From: Octopus vulgaris
Taxonomy: Eukaryota
Direction of reading: 5' to 3'
NCBI GenBank assembly: GCA_951406725.2
Contig: OX597834.1
Location: 24,800,001 to 24,864,000 of the forward strand
Length of the DNA: 64,000 bases
Of this stretch, positions 13,177 to 26,850 are shown in pieces. Positions within the stretch are counted from its first letter, which is position 1, and the number at the start of each line of letters is the position of its first letter. A program made the position numbers and the translations under genes. The notes below the pieces were generated by a model. The model did no database searches, had not been told where the DNA came from, and was given only the letters and a program-made list of their open reading frames with translations.

Positions 13177-13520
13177 ATGCATATGCACATATATATACGT
13201 TTGTACTTTTGCCTTTCATCGTTTTGAGGTCGATGAAAATGCACGAATCTCAGGCGGTAAATTGGTGAATCTTTAAAGAAGGGCAGACAGGATGCTTGGC
13301 AGTATTTGTTTCAACGCTTTGCATTTTGGATTCCGATCCCGTTATGGTGTACTTGAGTAATAGACTCAACTTTACCCTTACAGGAGTCCACGCTTTCGGG
13401 ATCAGTCTGCGACTTAGAGAATACCTTCCGACTGAACTCCGAAAGGGTTTGATGATCTTGTAATGAGTTATGGCTACTGTTGCGTACTGCATTCTTCCAC
13501 CCGACTAAAATGAAATATAT

Positions 13521-13575
<55 letters not shown>

Positions 13576-14534
13576 AATAAATAAAATACATGCATACATA
13601 CATACATATATGTACGTACCTACATCTATATGTATATATACATGCATATATATATATATATATATATATAACGGGAAGGACACCACAAATAAACGTAGAA
13701 CAACGAGAAACGAAAACATAAAAACAAACTAGGAAACGGACTTTTTTTTTTAACAACGAAAAAACAGAGTACAAGACAAACAATACAAGGAATATTCCCC
13801 TTCGTCAGTTGTTCCTGGTTCGACACGCATTGCGTCGTTTCGTTTCTTTTCTAAGTAAGTTTATATATATATATATATATTAAATAAGGGTAGAAATTGA
13901 TATTAATCAATTAAAACCAGTGGACTAGCATATTTTTTTTAAAAATCTGAAGATTAAATATTTTATACATACAAAATTTAGAGGAATAACCACTAATATT
14001 GGATAGCCTGTATACTAGAAATAGACGTGATAAATGGCGAATTTGACGTCTATTTCTAGCATACAGGCTGTCCACTATTAGTGGTCATTTCTCTAAATTT
14101 TGTATATATATATATCATTGAAATAAAGGAATAATAATACACAATACAGACATGGAAAACTCACAATACTCGGAGTTTTCCGGCCAGCCACATGTACGAA
14201 GTTATCTGATTACCGATGTGCAATCAACGCACGAGCGACGGCTTCCCAATAAATTGAAGAACGGTGCCACGTGCGTTGGTTACTGATTGGAAATCGACTA
14301 ACTCCATATCTATGACTTGCCTGGAAACTCCAAACATTGCATATGAGTATCGCATATTTTTATATTATATATATGTGTGTGTGTGTTGTTTGTTTGTATG
14401 TATGATTTTACGTAGAAACACACAGACACACACACTCGTTTGTTTTCAAACAATGTTTATTAACAAATAAATTTTAAAATACCACCCCCACCAAAAAAAA
14501 AAAACCCTAATGCTTACCTCAAATGTCTTTTCAG

Positions 14535-14651
14535 GTGGTTTAGAACGTTCCAATGGAATAATTTACTTAAAATTGGTCGAAGAATTTGGTCGCAGTGCCG
14601 TAGATACAGCATGGGTCGTTTCCCTAAGTTCAACGGCGAAGTTATTACTCG
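14535..14651 (+). CDS. SLC16/MCT-like transporter, coding exon 2
   Basis: tcttttcag|GT...CTCG|gtaagt; 117 nt, phase 1-1; (G)GLERSNGIIYLKLVEEFGRSAVDTAWVVSLSSTAKLLL(G). Confidence 0.92.
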
Positions 14652-14807
14652 GTAAGTGGTCTATTACCATTTTAATTATTTTTCAGGGTACCCGTGTATT
14701 TGTATGGAATACTCAGTAAGAGTACCCGTATGTATATGGAAAATTCAGTATGGATAGCTTTGTCTGCGAAACACTCAGTGACTTACAGTGAGTTACTCAT
14801 TTTACTG

Positions 14808-15106
14808 GTGGAGGCACATGGCGTAGTGGTTAGAGCAGCGGACTCGCGGTCGAGGGATCGAGGGTTCGAATCTCAGACCGGGCGATGTGTGTGTTTATGA
14901 GCGAAACACCTAAGCTCCACGCATCTCCGACAGAAGATAATGGCGAACTTCTGCTGACTCTCTCGCCACAACTTTCTCTCTCACTCTTTCCTCCTGCATC
15001 TTGCAGCGCACCTGCGACAGACCGGCGTCCCGTCCAGGTGGGGAACCTATACGCCGGGAAACCGGCCCTTATGAGCCAGGCATGGCTCGAGAAGGAACAA
15101 ACAACA
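14808..15106 (+). mobile_element. tRNA(Arg-like)-derived SINE, family C, 13-bp TSD
   Basis: tggcgtagtggttag A box, gggttcgaatctc B box, (ACA)n tail; TSD actcattttactg at 14795-14807 and 15107-15119. Confidence 0.85.
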
Positions 15107-17391
15107 ACTCATTTTACTGAGCAACTGAATAGCTCGCTGTTGAAACTGACGGAGATCCATTAAGTGTCCGTCTATGTTTGTTCGTGTATTCCTGTGTATG
15201 TGTGTGCATGTGTGCTCATGAGTGTATGTTCGTGCGTGTATACACGTGTGTGTGTGTGTGTACGTCTGAGAATATGTATTCCATTTCAACCTCTATACAC
15301 TATTGCAACTGCAAGTAATTACCAGTGGCCCTTTAGGGTTTTGTGATGCGATAAAGGGTTTATTGGGTGATTAATTAGTTTATAAGAAGAATGCTTGATA
15401 AGATACAGACGAAGAAATGTGAAAAAGCGACAAAAGTAAAGAAATGCACATCAAAGCTCTGAAAACTAGGGTAAGAATTTAAAAAACAAAAGAAAACCTG
15501 ATCAGAATGTTACAAGGTAAGGGAGTTCTTCCCCAAGGCAGGCATTTAGAAAAAAAACCCAAAAAATAAAAGAGAGATATAAAATCATTTAAACGAAGAG
15601 AGACAATTGAGATATAAGGAACCGACAAAAGTCGAGACGGTTTGGAAATTGAGATGTTTTTGTAGCCAGCTGGATGCAGTGAAAGAATTCTTTGCCTGTT
15701 GCTAAACAATTTGGATCTTGGGGAAGCTGGGGGTGTTTTACCAAAGATTCATACCCTCGCTGTTGTTTAAACATCTGTTTCTGTAAACCACTGTGATTTA
15801 TAGTCTTCATTTGAACATAAGACATAGTAATGAGAGGGGTACAGGATCTAATCTCGATCCAAGCGCAGATAAGGTAGACGACAGTGTTTCAAACGGTATA
15901 GCTTTTCACGCATTTTGCCTAAGGATTATGTTAAAGGTATTCTCTGACAAATTAACTCTGGAACAGGTAATCCTGCGGTCAATTAACGACACACACCCCT
16001 AAAACCTTAAGTTCTGGGAAAATATTGTGTTATGCCTTACAATTGTGATGATGATCTTTGGGGTTTTGTAGCACAATTTAAAAAATGTTTTCTCCTTGCT
16101 GGGTCTAGGAAAGGGGAAGTGTCCCTGGCCTTTACTAGCCTTCCGAGATGAGTGACGTTGATGCCATTAGAGTTTGTTTCGAAACTTCGTATTTGAATAC
16201 TTACAGGAAGGAAACCCAGAAGAAGGAATTCTAAGGGGAACGATTGGCTCTAGTGATTTGTCCATTTCTCTGCAGGCCTCGGGGTGGGGAGAGACATAAC
16301 AAGGATGGTGGGAGAAGAAGATGTCGAATGTGGTATGAATTATCCAATAGAGGTGAAATGAGACCAGCCAGCTCTAAGAAGTAGAAATCATTATAGTAGC
16401 CGTAGAAACAGTAGAGAGGAGAGCAGACACAAGTACACCTGGGGTTAAAATACTAGAGTGTATTTGTAACTGACTCTCTGTCAGTTAGTTGGGTGGCCCC
16501 TCTCGAGGTCCAGAATGTAGGCATGCAACAGAAACACCGTCCCAGATGTGGGGAGCTATGGGATAGAGGTAGGATGCGGCGGGCTGATGCGTGTGTACAC
16601 GTAGTTCTTTGTTGGAAGCGTGATGGTATCATCTGATATTCTCGATGGTTCTCAGTGCTCTGCTGTCGAAGCTATCGATCCTCTTTGCCAGGGTTTTCGA
16701 GAGGGGCTACGTTTCAGCTCCGTAGGGGAGAATGGAGAGGGCCGAGGCATTGTAGATGCACGTTGCAAAATCGTGGTTTCGATTCCTGGTCCACACAAAA
16801 CATTACTTTACATGTTGCACCTGTCCACTCACCTGTGAATGAATGATCCAGCGACGAACTGGCTTCCTCTTCAACGGAGGTCATTGGATCCCGGGCTTTT
16901 ATATGCCATGGAAACGGAGTAACCGGCCTTATTAGTCGTTGGACTCGAAGCAGTCATCTTCTGGGTTGATGATGAAGAACGAAAGGTGAGGCTGATTGCA
17001 GTAAGATTTGAACCCTGATGTAAAAATACGGAATGAAATACTATTTGGAATATTCATTTGACTGCTCTGAAGATTCTTCTAATTTACTACTGCCTTCTCT
17101 CGCCACCTACTTCTCTTTAGCATTATCAGAAAGTCTTCGTTGTTGGTGCTGGAGAAAAGCTTCGCCAAACCGACTCCATGACCTTCGTGCGTGTGTTGGT
17201 TGATTCTTCTGTACATTTGCTGTCACTTCCAATGTCTTCTGACAAATGTCAGGAATATCGCGGCAAGCTGAATTTTATTTGTTTATTCTTTAATATTCGC
17301 TCAAACTCTAGAGCTTGCTGTTATTTCGCGTGTAGGTGGGCGTGAGTGCTTGTAAAATCATTATATGTATATTAGTACATAAAGACACATG

Positions 17392-17439
<48 letters not shown>

Positions 17440-17562
17440 GTTACCCTATTGCTCTTTACTGTTCAAATTGGTTCTTGTAAAAGTAATATCATATGTACGT
17501 GAAGCCATATTTCTCTCTCTTCTTCCCTCTTTCTCTGTATTTTCCTCAGTCAACGGTCATCG

Positions 17563-17619
<57 letters not shown>

Positions 17620-17976
17620 CATTTATACACACTTAAAACAATTCCACAGGGTGAAAAACTCTCGTAGGTTGACAGTTCTTTGATAGCTTCGTGTGAGGTC
17701 ATCGAATGTCAGATTAATGAAATGTGGCGGAAACGGAGTTGAGGTAGCCGTAGGCAGAAGACGAAATAAAAGACCAGAAAACAAGACGGAAAAAAATGTA
17801 AATGACATTATAAATGTAAATTTAAATATGAATTATTACTGCATTTTAAATCATTTTAAATTTAATTTAAATATAAATACCAAGTAAATACCATGTATTA
17901 ATCCACATTTCTTTGCCCAAGTTTCTTGGGAAAGTTGTTTGGTTAGAGTCCATAGATATCTCTTCCATAGGATTCT

Positions 17977-18185
17977 TATTTCTTTACTGCCCACAAAGGG
18001 CTACATACAGAGGGGACAAACAAGGACAGACAAACGGATTAAGTCGATTATATCGACCCCAGTGCGTAACTGGTACTTATTTAATCGACCCCGAAAGGAT
18101 GAAAGGCAAACTCAGAACATAAGACAGACGAAATACTGCTAAGCATTTCGACCGGTGTGCAAACGATTCTGCCAGCTCGCCGCCT
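17977..18185 (-). mobile_element. SINE family A with internal deletion, 16-bp TSD
   Basis: TSD tcttccataggattct at 17961-17976 and 18186-18201. Confidence 0.85.
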
Positions 18186-19198
18186 TCTTCCATAGGATTC
18201 TATCGTTACATTTTCTGGGTGGATTCCCAAACATGACCAACCAAGAAATTACCATTAAAACCCTAAATTAATTTTTTAATCTAAACATTAGACACAAGAA
18301 TAAAATTGAGAATCTGTCCCTGGTTCTATATTTTTTTGACTATTTTAAAGGATCCAGCCGATGTTCCTGTGTTCTGACGCTAATGTGATACTAATTTAAC
18401 ATTATATAATCGCTGCCTTATTTAAACGAAGAGAGACAATTGAGATATAAGGAACCGACAAAAGTCGAGACGGTTTGGAAATTGAGATGTTTTTGTAGCC
18501 AGCTGGATGCAGTGAAATAATTCTTTGCCTGTTGCTAAATAATTTGGATCTTGCTAAACAATTTGGATATATAACCATGTTATATATCTATAACATGGTT
18601 AATACAATTTCCACCATGGGGCCTTACATGACTCTCATTTCATGACTTTATTTTCAATCTTTTGGGGAAAGACGTACATAAATTTATAAGCCACCATACC
18701 AACACCAACAACAGCAGCTCCGCTCTCCAGTAGCATAGCGCCGGGTTCAGCCACCTTGTGTTGTAACTAAATTGACTGTCTGGTTCCTTAAGCATAATAT
18801 TCTTTCAACTATAGCAAACACCGTATAAAAGTGGTCACCCTGTATGGTCTACACGTACTGCGCACTCCACGCAGGCCAAGGCTATCTTTGTACATTTATC
18901 CAAAATGCATTTTCAGACCAGCACGAGATGTATTGTTACATTTCGCCCATGCTGCTGTGATAGTTGGTTGAGTTAATGAATGAAAATATTACTGCTGCAT
19001 GAAGAAGAATCTGAACAAATCTCCCGAACATTTAACAGAAGAATTTATTGTCGCACATAACAAACTGTGTTGGCTTTTTACAGTCAATGACAGCAATAAT
19101 TATAGACTGGGAGAGAGATAACGTTCTGAGATAATATAAAGCAATTGGAAATATTAAATTTCTAAATCTCTCATAGAGATATGTACGGTGGTGGGGCG

Positions 19199-19446
19199 AT
19201 AGAATGGTTGTATACTGTCAATCTAACGTGAACGTGACAGTAGGGGGTTACACCACCGCTGTTTAGCCCTAGGAAACATCGACGCCTCCTGATGGCTTTG
19301 ACTCCCCTTCGTAGATGTATATAAGGACACAGGAAAAATGTGTCAAAAGCCATCAGGAGGCGTCGATGCTTCCTAGGGCTAAACAGCGGTGGTGTAACCC
19401 CCTACTGTCACGTTCACGTTAAATTGACAGTATACAACCATTCTAT
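19199..19446. repeat. Long hairpin / MITE-like inverted repeat (~105-bp arms)
   Basis: atagaatggttgtatactgtcaa...ggctttgac and gtcaaaagcc...ttgacagtatacaaccattctat; produces the mirror ORFs 19171-19353(-) and 19340-19693(+). Confidence 0.85.
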
Positions 19447-20324
19447 AAAGCAATTGGTATGGCAACATATGGATTCCCCAACTTATCTGAAAACAATTGT
19501 ACTATCTTCGTGGCGACGGAGGTTCTTGGTCATCTATCTGAGCCGTTTGTTTTGGCCATCTCCCTGGGCCATATTCCTGGAACGTCTGGCTAGAATGGAG
19601 ACATATGTCACTCAGCTACCTCAACATTCTGCAAAGAGTGTTGGCGCCAAAAACGGCTCTTTTATAGGGCACAAGAAGATTCTAGAAGATTGAATCATAA
19701 GACGGCTTCAAACTGATTAGCTGCTTAATTGACCGATCACATGACACAATTGTGGCTCGGTCGTGGTTTCTCAACAGTTAACTAGCAATTCGGTTTTGAA
19801 TCAGCGCTGCATAAAATCCATGTCTGATGAATTTAACAAGGACGTCATGATGCAAGCATCATAGTTGCAAAGCTTTCAAACAGTTTCGCGTCTTTCTTTA
19901 ACTGATTCAGTTTTTCGGGGTCACAAAACTAACCTTCTTAGCCGCCTAGTTGTTTGGAAATTCCAGGTTACACAGAAAATAGCCTACTAAAACAAATATA
20001 GTCCTTGGACAATTATATTTGGTTCTATATTTACCTTTCTTGGGGCAGGCATAAACATTATCTTAATATTCTTCAGACTTCTTGTAAGACCAAAAAGAGT
20101 ATAGGTACTAGGGAGGGGTTCATTATTTTTTAAATGTCTTGTTCCAACTGGGCCACATCACAAATTACGCAAAAGAATTGTAAAAAGTCTTTGATTTTTG
20201 AAAGAAGTCGATGGCAATAGTAATAGAGTGAAATGATCTGCGTGTCGTAAGGACTACACAAGGAATAAATAATGTGCATATATGTGGGTGAGTGTGCGTG
20301 TGTATGTATGAGTTTAGCGTTGTG

Positions 20325-20373
<49 letters not shown>

Positions 20374-20563
20374 CATGCATGCATGCATGTATGTATGTAT
20401 GTATGTATGTATGTATGTATGTATGTATGTATGTATGTATGTATGTATGTATGTATTTATATATATATATGTATGTATGTATGTATATGTATATATGTAT
20501 GTATGTATGTATACGCGCATCCGCGCATAAATAATATGTATGTATGGGTGTGTATTAAGTTGC

Positions 20564-20600
<37 letters not shown>

Positions 20601-20647
20601 GCGTGTATGTGTATGTATATATATATATATGTGTATGTATATATGTG

Positions 20648-20696
<49 letters not shown>

Positions 20697-20977
20697 ATAT
20701 ATATTGGGTATATTTAACAAGAGAAAGATGTCTAAACTATTATTACAGCTGGAGTATTCCTCAGCTGTAGTGGTTTGTTCGCTCTTCTTTAATGACACAG
20801 TAAAAGTCAGAAACGGTTGTTACATTGCAGTTGTAACAACAGTTCCTGCTGTCAAAACAACAATGCCTTTCTCCCTTCGTTATAGCATCGTTAAATTGAG
20901 GTTTCCCCGCAGTAAACCTTCTCCATCGCTTAACATAGTAAGAAGCGATATTATCTAACACTCTATTTATATTATGT

Positions 20978-21013
<36 letters not shown>

Positions 21014-21108
21014 CCATATATATATATAACTATTTCTAAAGTTCGGTATGTTGTAAAGCAAACCTTTGCTGAACCCTAATTATAATTATTCTCGTAATTA
21101 TAAAATAT

Positions 21109-21139
<31 letters not shown>

Positions 21140-21359
21140 GTATATGTATATATATATGTATATAGTAGAATTAGAAACAGAAAATATTTGGTACAGTATT
21201 ATTTATTTTAAAAAAGGAAGAGGTGTTGGTGTGTTTACATCACCGTAAGTTAGCGGTTCGGCAAAGAGACAGATAGAATTAGTACTAGGCTTTAAAAAAG
21301 TCCTAACGTATGGCCGTGGTCACGTGACTATAATCAACAAAAGATTATATATATAAATG

Positions 21360-21404
<45 letters not shown>

Positions 21405-21963
21405 GCACACACAGAGGAAATGTTTCACATTGACATCGAAATTCCTTTCACTGTTTATCTCTCGTCATCAGCCTGCTGTGTGAAGACGAGAAGAAAATAT
21501 ATACCATCTTCACCTAACTGAAAATTAAAATTTCGTGGGTGCAGAACATATCCATGTCGTCAAATGTACACAGTCAGAATGATGAGAATTTGAAACAGAC
21601 TTTTAACTGGTTCCAAGGTGGAAATATTTAGGCCTTCTTTGATCACTTGAGGCCATTCTATCTGAATTAGTACAATAATAAAAAATCAACTGTTATATTT
21701 CAAGATGGTTGTTTTTCTTTTTGCCAAATGACTACGCGTGCTATATACTCGTCCTTCATTTCAGCTATATTATTGTTCTTATTTTAGTGGTGGCCATTGT
21801 CTGAAATCTTTCGTCATAGAAAGACAGAATGGACTAAACGGGACAGGATGAGACAGGGAGACACGTGAGATGGAGAATTTGCAGGATATGTGACGAAATA
21901 TTTCAGACAAGGGGCACTAGAATAAGAATAATAATAAAGCTGAAGTGAAGAACGAGTACAGAG

Positions 21964-22190
21964 TCTCTTTTACTCTTTTACTCTTTTACTTGTTTCAGTC
22001 ATTTGACTGCGGCCATGCTGGAGCACCGCCTTTAGTCGAGCAAATCGACCCCGGGACTTATTCTTTGTAAGCCCAGTACTTATTCTATCGGTCTCTTTTG
22101 CCGAACCGCTAAGTGACGGGGACGTAAACACATCAGCATCGGTTGTCAGGCAATGCTAGGGGGACAAACACAGACACACAAACATACACG

Positions 22191-22261
<71 letters not shown>

Positions 22262-22423
22262 GACAGGCTTCTTTCAGTTTCCGTCTACCAAATCCACTCA
22301 CAAGGCATTGGTCGGCCCGGGGCTATAGCAGAAGACACTTGCCCAAGATGCCACGCAGTGGGACTGAACCCGGAACCATGTGGCTGGTTAGCAAGCTACT
22401 TACCACACAGCCACTCCTGCGCC
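21964..22423 (-). mobile_element. SINE family B, full length, young
   Basis: Reverse complement of 1123-1526 with a tandem (ctctttta) tail. Confidence 0.88.
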
Positions 22424-22595
22424 TGTGGTTATTTGCCAAAATTATAACCGACCCTAAGTATAACAATGTGTTTCAGCACAAACTTTCACACCAGGAATCT
22501 TACAAAGCAGATACATAAACGTAAAAATCAAATGATTCGAATCTAGAAGCCTTTCATGTAACTTACACAACGTCTCCGCATCAATCTCGTTCAAC

Positions 22596-22626
<31 letters not shown>

Positions 22627-22711
22627 TGTATGTATGTATGAGCATTTATTTATGTATGTATACGTGCATCCGCGCATAAAAATATGTATGTATGGGTGTG
22701 TATTAAGTTGC

Positions 22712-22757
<46 letters not shown>

Positions 22758-22796
22758 AAATATACGTGTGTGTGTATGTGTATGTATATATATATA

Positions 22797-22845
<49 letters not shown>

Positions 22846-22943
22846 ATGTATATATATATATATATATATATGTCAACTCGGTGGAAAAATCTGTTTTATT
22901 TCTTAATCAAAATTTTCCACACAAAACGTAACCCATTCTTTAA

Positions 22944-23138
22944 GGTGGTGAGCTGGCAGAATCGTTAGCACACCGGGTAAAATTCTTAGCAGCATTTCGT
23001 CCGTCCTTACGTTCTGAGTCGACTTTGTCTTTCATCCTATCGAGGTCGATAAAATAAGTACCAGTTGAGTACAGAGGTCAATGTAATCGACTTACCCCGC
23101 TCCCGAAATTACTGGCTCTGTGTGAAAATTTGAAACCG
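22944..23138 (+). mobile_element. SINE family A (tail type B)
   Basis: ggtggtgagctggcagaatcgttagc head; ctttcatcc...gtcgataaaataagtacc core; aaaatttgaaacc end. Confidence 0.75.
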
Positions 23139-23429
23139 CTAATATACCGGTCAGAGGAACGTTGTCCTTCAACATTTTCTTCTACTCAACGTAAACTTAT
23201 AGATTTATTCTAAATTTTAAAGTTTTATTTTTAACATTCCATACGAAGTATACCAGTAATCTTTAACTTTCGATCTTCATCGACCTTGGACTCCATTATG
23301 TCATGTTTCTCTTTTAAAGACTATCACATGGGATTTGTCAGAGAGTTTAGTTATTAAATTTAACAAGTCAATGACTTACGCACAGCTGTGCTATTCAACT
23401 TGTATCTCAAGTCACCTTAGTGTATTTTC

Positions 23430-23590
23430 AGAGATGTTATAAAATACAGATATCTCTCAAAATAAGAGTGTCATAAAATACCAGTGTATCACAAAATACT
23501 GAGGTTAACAAAAGGGACTGGTGTATCACAAATACAGGTATGTCACAAAATACAGGTGTGTTATAAAATACAGGTGTGTCATAAAATTGT
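23430..23590. repeat. Degenerate ~18-bp minisatellite
   Basis: Repeated cacaaaatacaggtgtgt-like units. Confidence 0.65.
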
Positions 23591-23947
23591 TCGATGTCGG
23601 AAAATTTTCCTTTGATTATTTCATATTTACTAATTTAAAAAAAAACTAAATATTACCTATTTTGACAGCGTATGCCTCATTTCACACATGAAGCCGAACA
23701 GGTTTTTAACGATTGTGACCAATATAAAACAAGTTGTGTTGTTTAACTCCAGGTCTTCAGTTGGTCAAACAAACCTACGATCTCAAACATTCATGCTATC
23801 GAGTCTTTTTCATATACAACAATGGTCACGTTACCCCCAATATGTCCCTCCCTTTAAAATGATATATTGTGATTTGAGGGCGATTCAGCTGCTCTTTTCC
23901 AGCATCAATATATAGCTATGGATCCACAAGCTTCTTTATGTCTTCAG

Positions 23948-23985
<38 letters not shown>

Positions 23986-24723
23986 TATAATAATGACTAA
24001 TTTTTGCCTGAGAAATGAACTACACTTGCATTATTACCGTCACATAGACTGCAATAGTAAATACTCATTGCATTGTGCAGTTAAAGCCTTGCACGGATTT
24101 GGGTCACTGGTATATATTCAGTCAACGGTACACGGATCACCTAACGTCGCTCCCTCCCTTCAGGCGGTAACAGAAAGTGGAGCAGACAGGTTCATTGTCA
24201 TAACACCAACAGCTTGAGGTTTCCGGTTAAAACATGATCAGAGAAACAACACGCCACTCATACCAGTAAGATACAAATATAAACGCATTATAGTTAACCC
24301 CTCTTTTATGGTCAGCTTAGTTCTGGTGCCTGGCGTCAAGGCCTTCAATTGCTCCGTTTTAAGGGCACTCAAAAGACTTGGTTAAAAACATGAAAGATAA
24401 ATATGATGACATAGGAATCGGTGGCACCGACTAGAACTTGGTGGAGAAATTCTTGCTATGAAACTATCTATCTCTTAGTTTGAGGCAGCAAGGATTAACA
24501 CTATGAAAGAGAAAGGAGACCAGTGTTCAACGTGGTCTAATCCAACCTGAGAATGTGGTGACTGCCATAACAACGTTGGCAACAGGATCTGCAGATACCG
24601 GATAAGTCTGATTTCTCACGTGAGAAAATACAGCAAAACATCACATTGAGAATAAATACTGTGCAGCCGTATACTGGTGTGCCTCCATTCATCGAGGCGA
24701 CGAGTGATATCAGATACACGCAT

Positions 24724-24781
<58 letters not shown>

Positions 24782-25245
24782 CAGAAAGGGTCAGTTTGAA
24801 AGGCACATTGTCAGATGACTTAGAATAAAGAAATCAAAACAAGAAGTCTAAGATTGAAGATTTTTAATCCAAAATTGTGATTCAGTGCAAAATATGTTTT
24901 GGCTTACCGAAGACTTCACCAGGGATCAAGGCGTGTGTATGTGTATCTATATACGTATACAGGTTTATAAATTCAGCTCGTAAAGTACATCGGAGGTAAA
25001 GATAAATTGTGTGTGTGTGTATGAGAGAGAGAGCGAGAGAGAGTGGGGGGGTGGAGAACCCAAGAAAGAAAGAAAGAAATCACGAAAAACTACGTTTTAA
25101 CATTTAACGATATTAAGACACTCTCCTGTTATCGTGCTTAATGAAGATGAAGTGAGGTGGAGGTGGGTTTTAACCATCTGTTGGTGGGTTGTAGCTAATC
25201 TTGGAGCGGACGGATGCACCCATGAGCATGCACAAACACACACAC

Positions 25246-25287
<42 letters not shown>

Positions 25288-25609
25288 TGAGACACAGATA
25301 TTTGTAGTTATATATAAACATGTGCATACTCACATCGTGTGTGTGTGTGTTGTGCTGTGTGTGTGCGTGTGTTATGTCGGTTAAAGCCAAAGAGATTTTG
25401 ACATTTCTGACAGTCAAAAATTGTTTTCGTGGCTTTTCGTCCATCTGTAAATACACACCTACGCTTACAGGCAGGTGTGTGTGAGTATGAGTGTGTGTAT
25501 GTGTGTGCGAGTATGAGTGTGTGTATGTGTGTGTATGTGTGTGCGTATCTCTGTCTGTCTGTCTCTTTCTTTCTCTTCCTCCTCTCTCTCTCTCTCATAT
25601 ACATATATA

Positions 25610-26850
25610 TTGGGTCATCCCATAAATAATGCGGTTTTTTCAATTGCATGAACTAAAAGTGGGAGAGGGACGGGATAAACTATCTGCATCCACTTGATAC
25701 AAAAGCGGGTAGTAATTTTATCTTGATCTGTATTCTTAGTGCAAGTTTTGAAGAGAGCAGTTATTTTTTCGAAGCTATAATGGAAGTGACGAAGGAGCAT
25801 TTTCGGCATATTTTGCTTTATGAGTTCAATAGAGGCAACAAGCGCAACGGAAAATGCGAGGAATATTAATGCAGTATATGGGGTGGTTCCAGAAATTCCA
25901 AGTCGGAAACTACAGCCTAGAAGACGAGTTTCGTCCTAGAAGGTATATAGAGCTTGACGGGGACTCCTGCAAACCCTGGTGAAACAAAAACCCATCGTAA
26001 CTGGGAAATAGCAGACAAGTTTGGATTTGGTCATTAAACCATTCATTGATACCTGCGTGTCATCGGAAAAGTCAGCAAATTGGGTCAATGGGTTTTTCAC
26101 AAACGTTCCGAGTCTAATCGCGCGCACAGAGTGAATGTGCGCTCTTCTTTGCTGTCACGTATCACGAATGAACATTTTTGGTTCGAATAGTAGTGACTGG
26201 TGACGAGAAATGGGTTCTCTATAAAAATGTTAAGCACCGAAGACAGTGGGTAGAGAGGAGAGAAACACCCCAGGTTAAAGAAGGTCTTCACCCACGTAAG
26301 GTGTTGTTATCTCTCTTTTACTTGTTTCAGTCATTTGACTGCGGCCATGCTGGAGCACCGCCTTTAGTCGAGCAAATCGACCCAGGGACTTATTCTTTGT
26401 AAGCCCAGTACTTATTCTATCGGTCTCTTTTGCCGAACCGCTAAGTGACGGGGACGTAAACACACCAGCATCAGTTGTCAAGCAATGCTAGGGGGACAAA
26501 CACACACACACATATATATATAAATATACATATATACGACAGGCTTCTTTCAGTTTCTGTTTTATGGGTTATGAAAGGTTTAGTCTACTTGGGACTTTTA
26601 AACCCAAACCAAACGGGTACACAGGATATCTGCTGCGAGCAGCTTGAGCGGCTTCATTTAGTCAGCGCTAGAAGAAAAACGACCATCTTTGGTTTCAAAA
26701 CGAAAGGTGTTCTTCCATCAGGATAACATTCGAAAGACTGGTGCAGTTTGAATGGGAAACGATTCCCCACCCACTATATTCGCCGGACATTGACTCAACT
26801 GTTTATCATTTATTCCACAGTCTTCAAAACGTCATTTGTCGGGAAAAATA
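25610..26850 (+). mobile_element. Degenerate mariner (DD34D) transposon interrupted by a SINE
   Basis: TIR-like ttgggtcatcccataaataatgcgg after TA; MEVTKEHFRHILLYEFNRG from 25780; VTGDEKW, LHPRKVLL, FHQDN and HPLYSPD motifs with frameshifts. Confidence 0.88.
26312..26558 (-). mobile_element. 5'-truncated SINE family B nested in the mariner transposase
   Basis: Matches the tail half of 21964-22423 and splits the KVLLS|V.W segment. Confidence 0.85.

Noticed and set aside
14808-14885. tRNA-like sequence (also 34586-34660)
   Set aside because: SINE heads with downstream body, tail and TSD; imperfect cloverleaf.
20272-20958. 228-aa ORF and the many other YI/CV/HT-repeat ORFs
   Set aside because: (TA)n, (TG)n and (TATG)n repeats lack stops in some frames; there is no protein signal.
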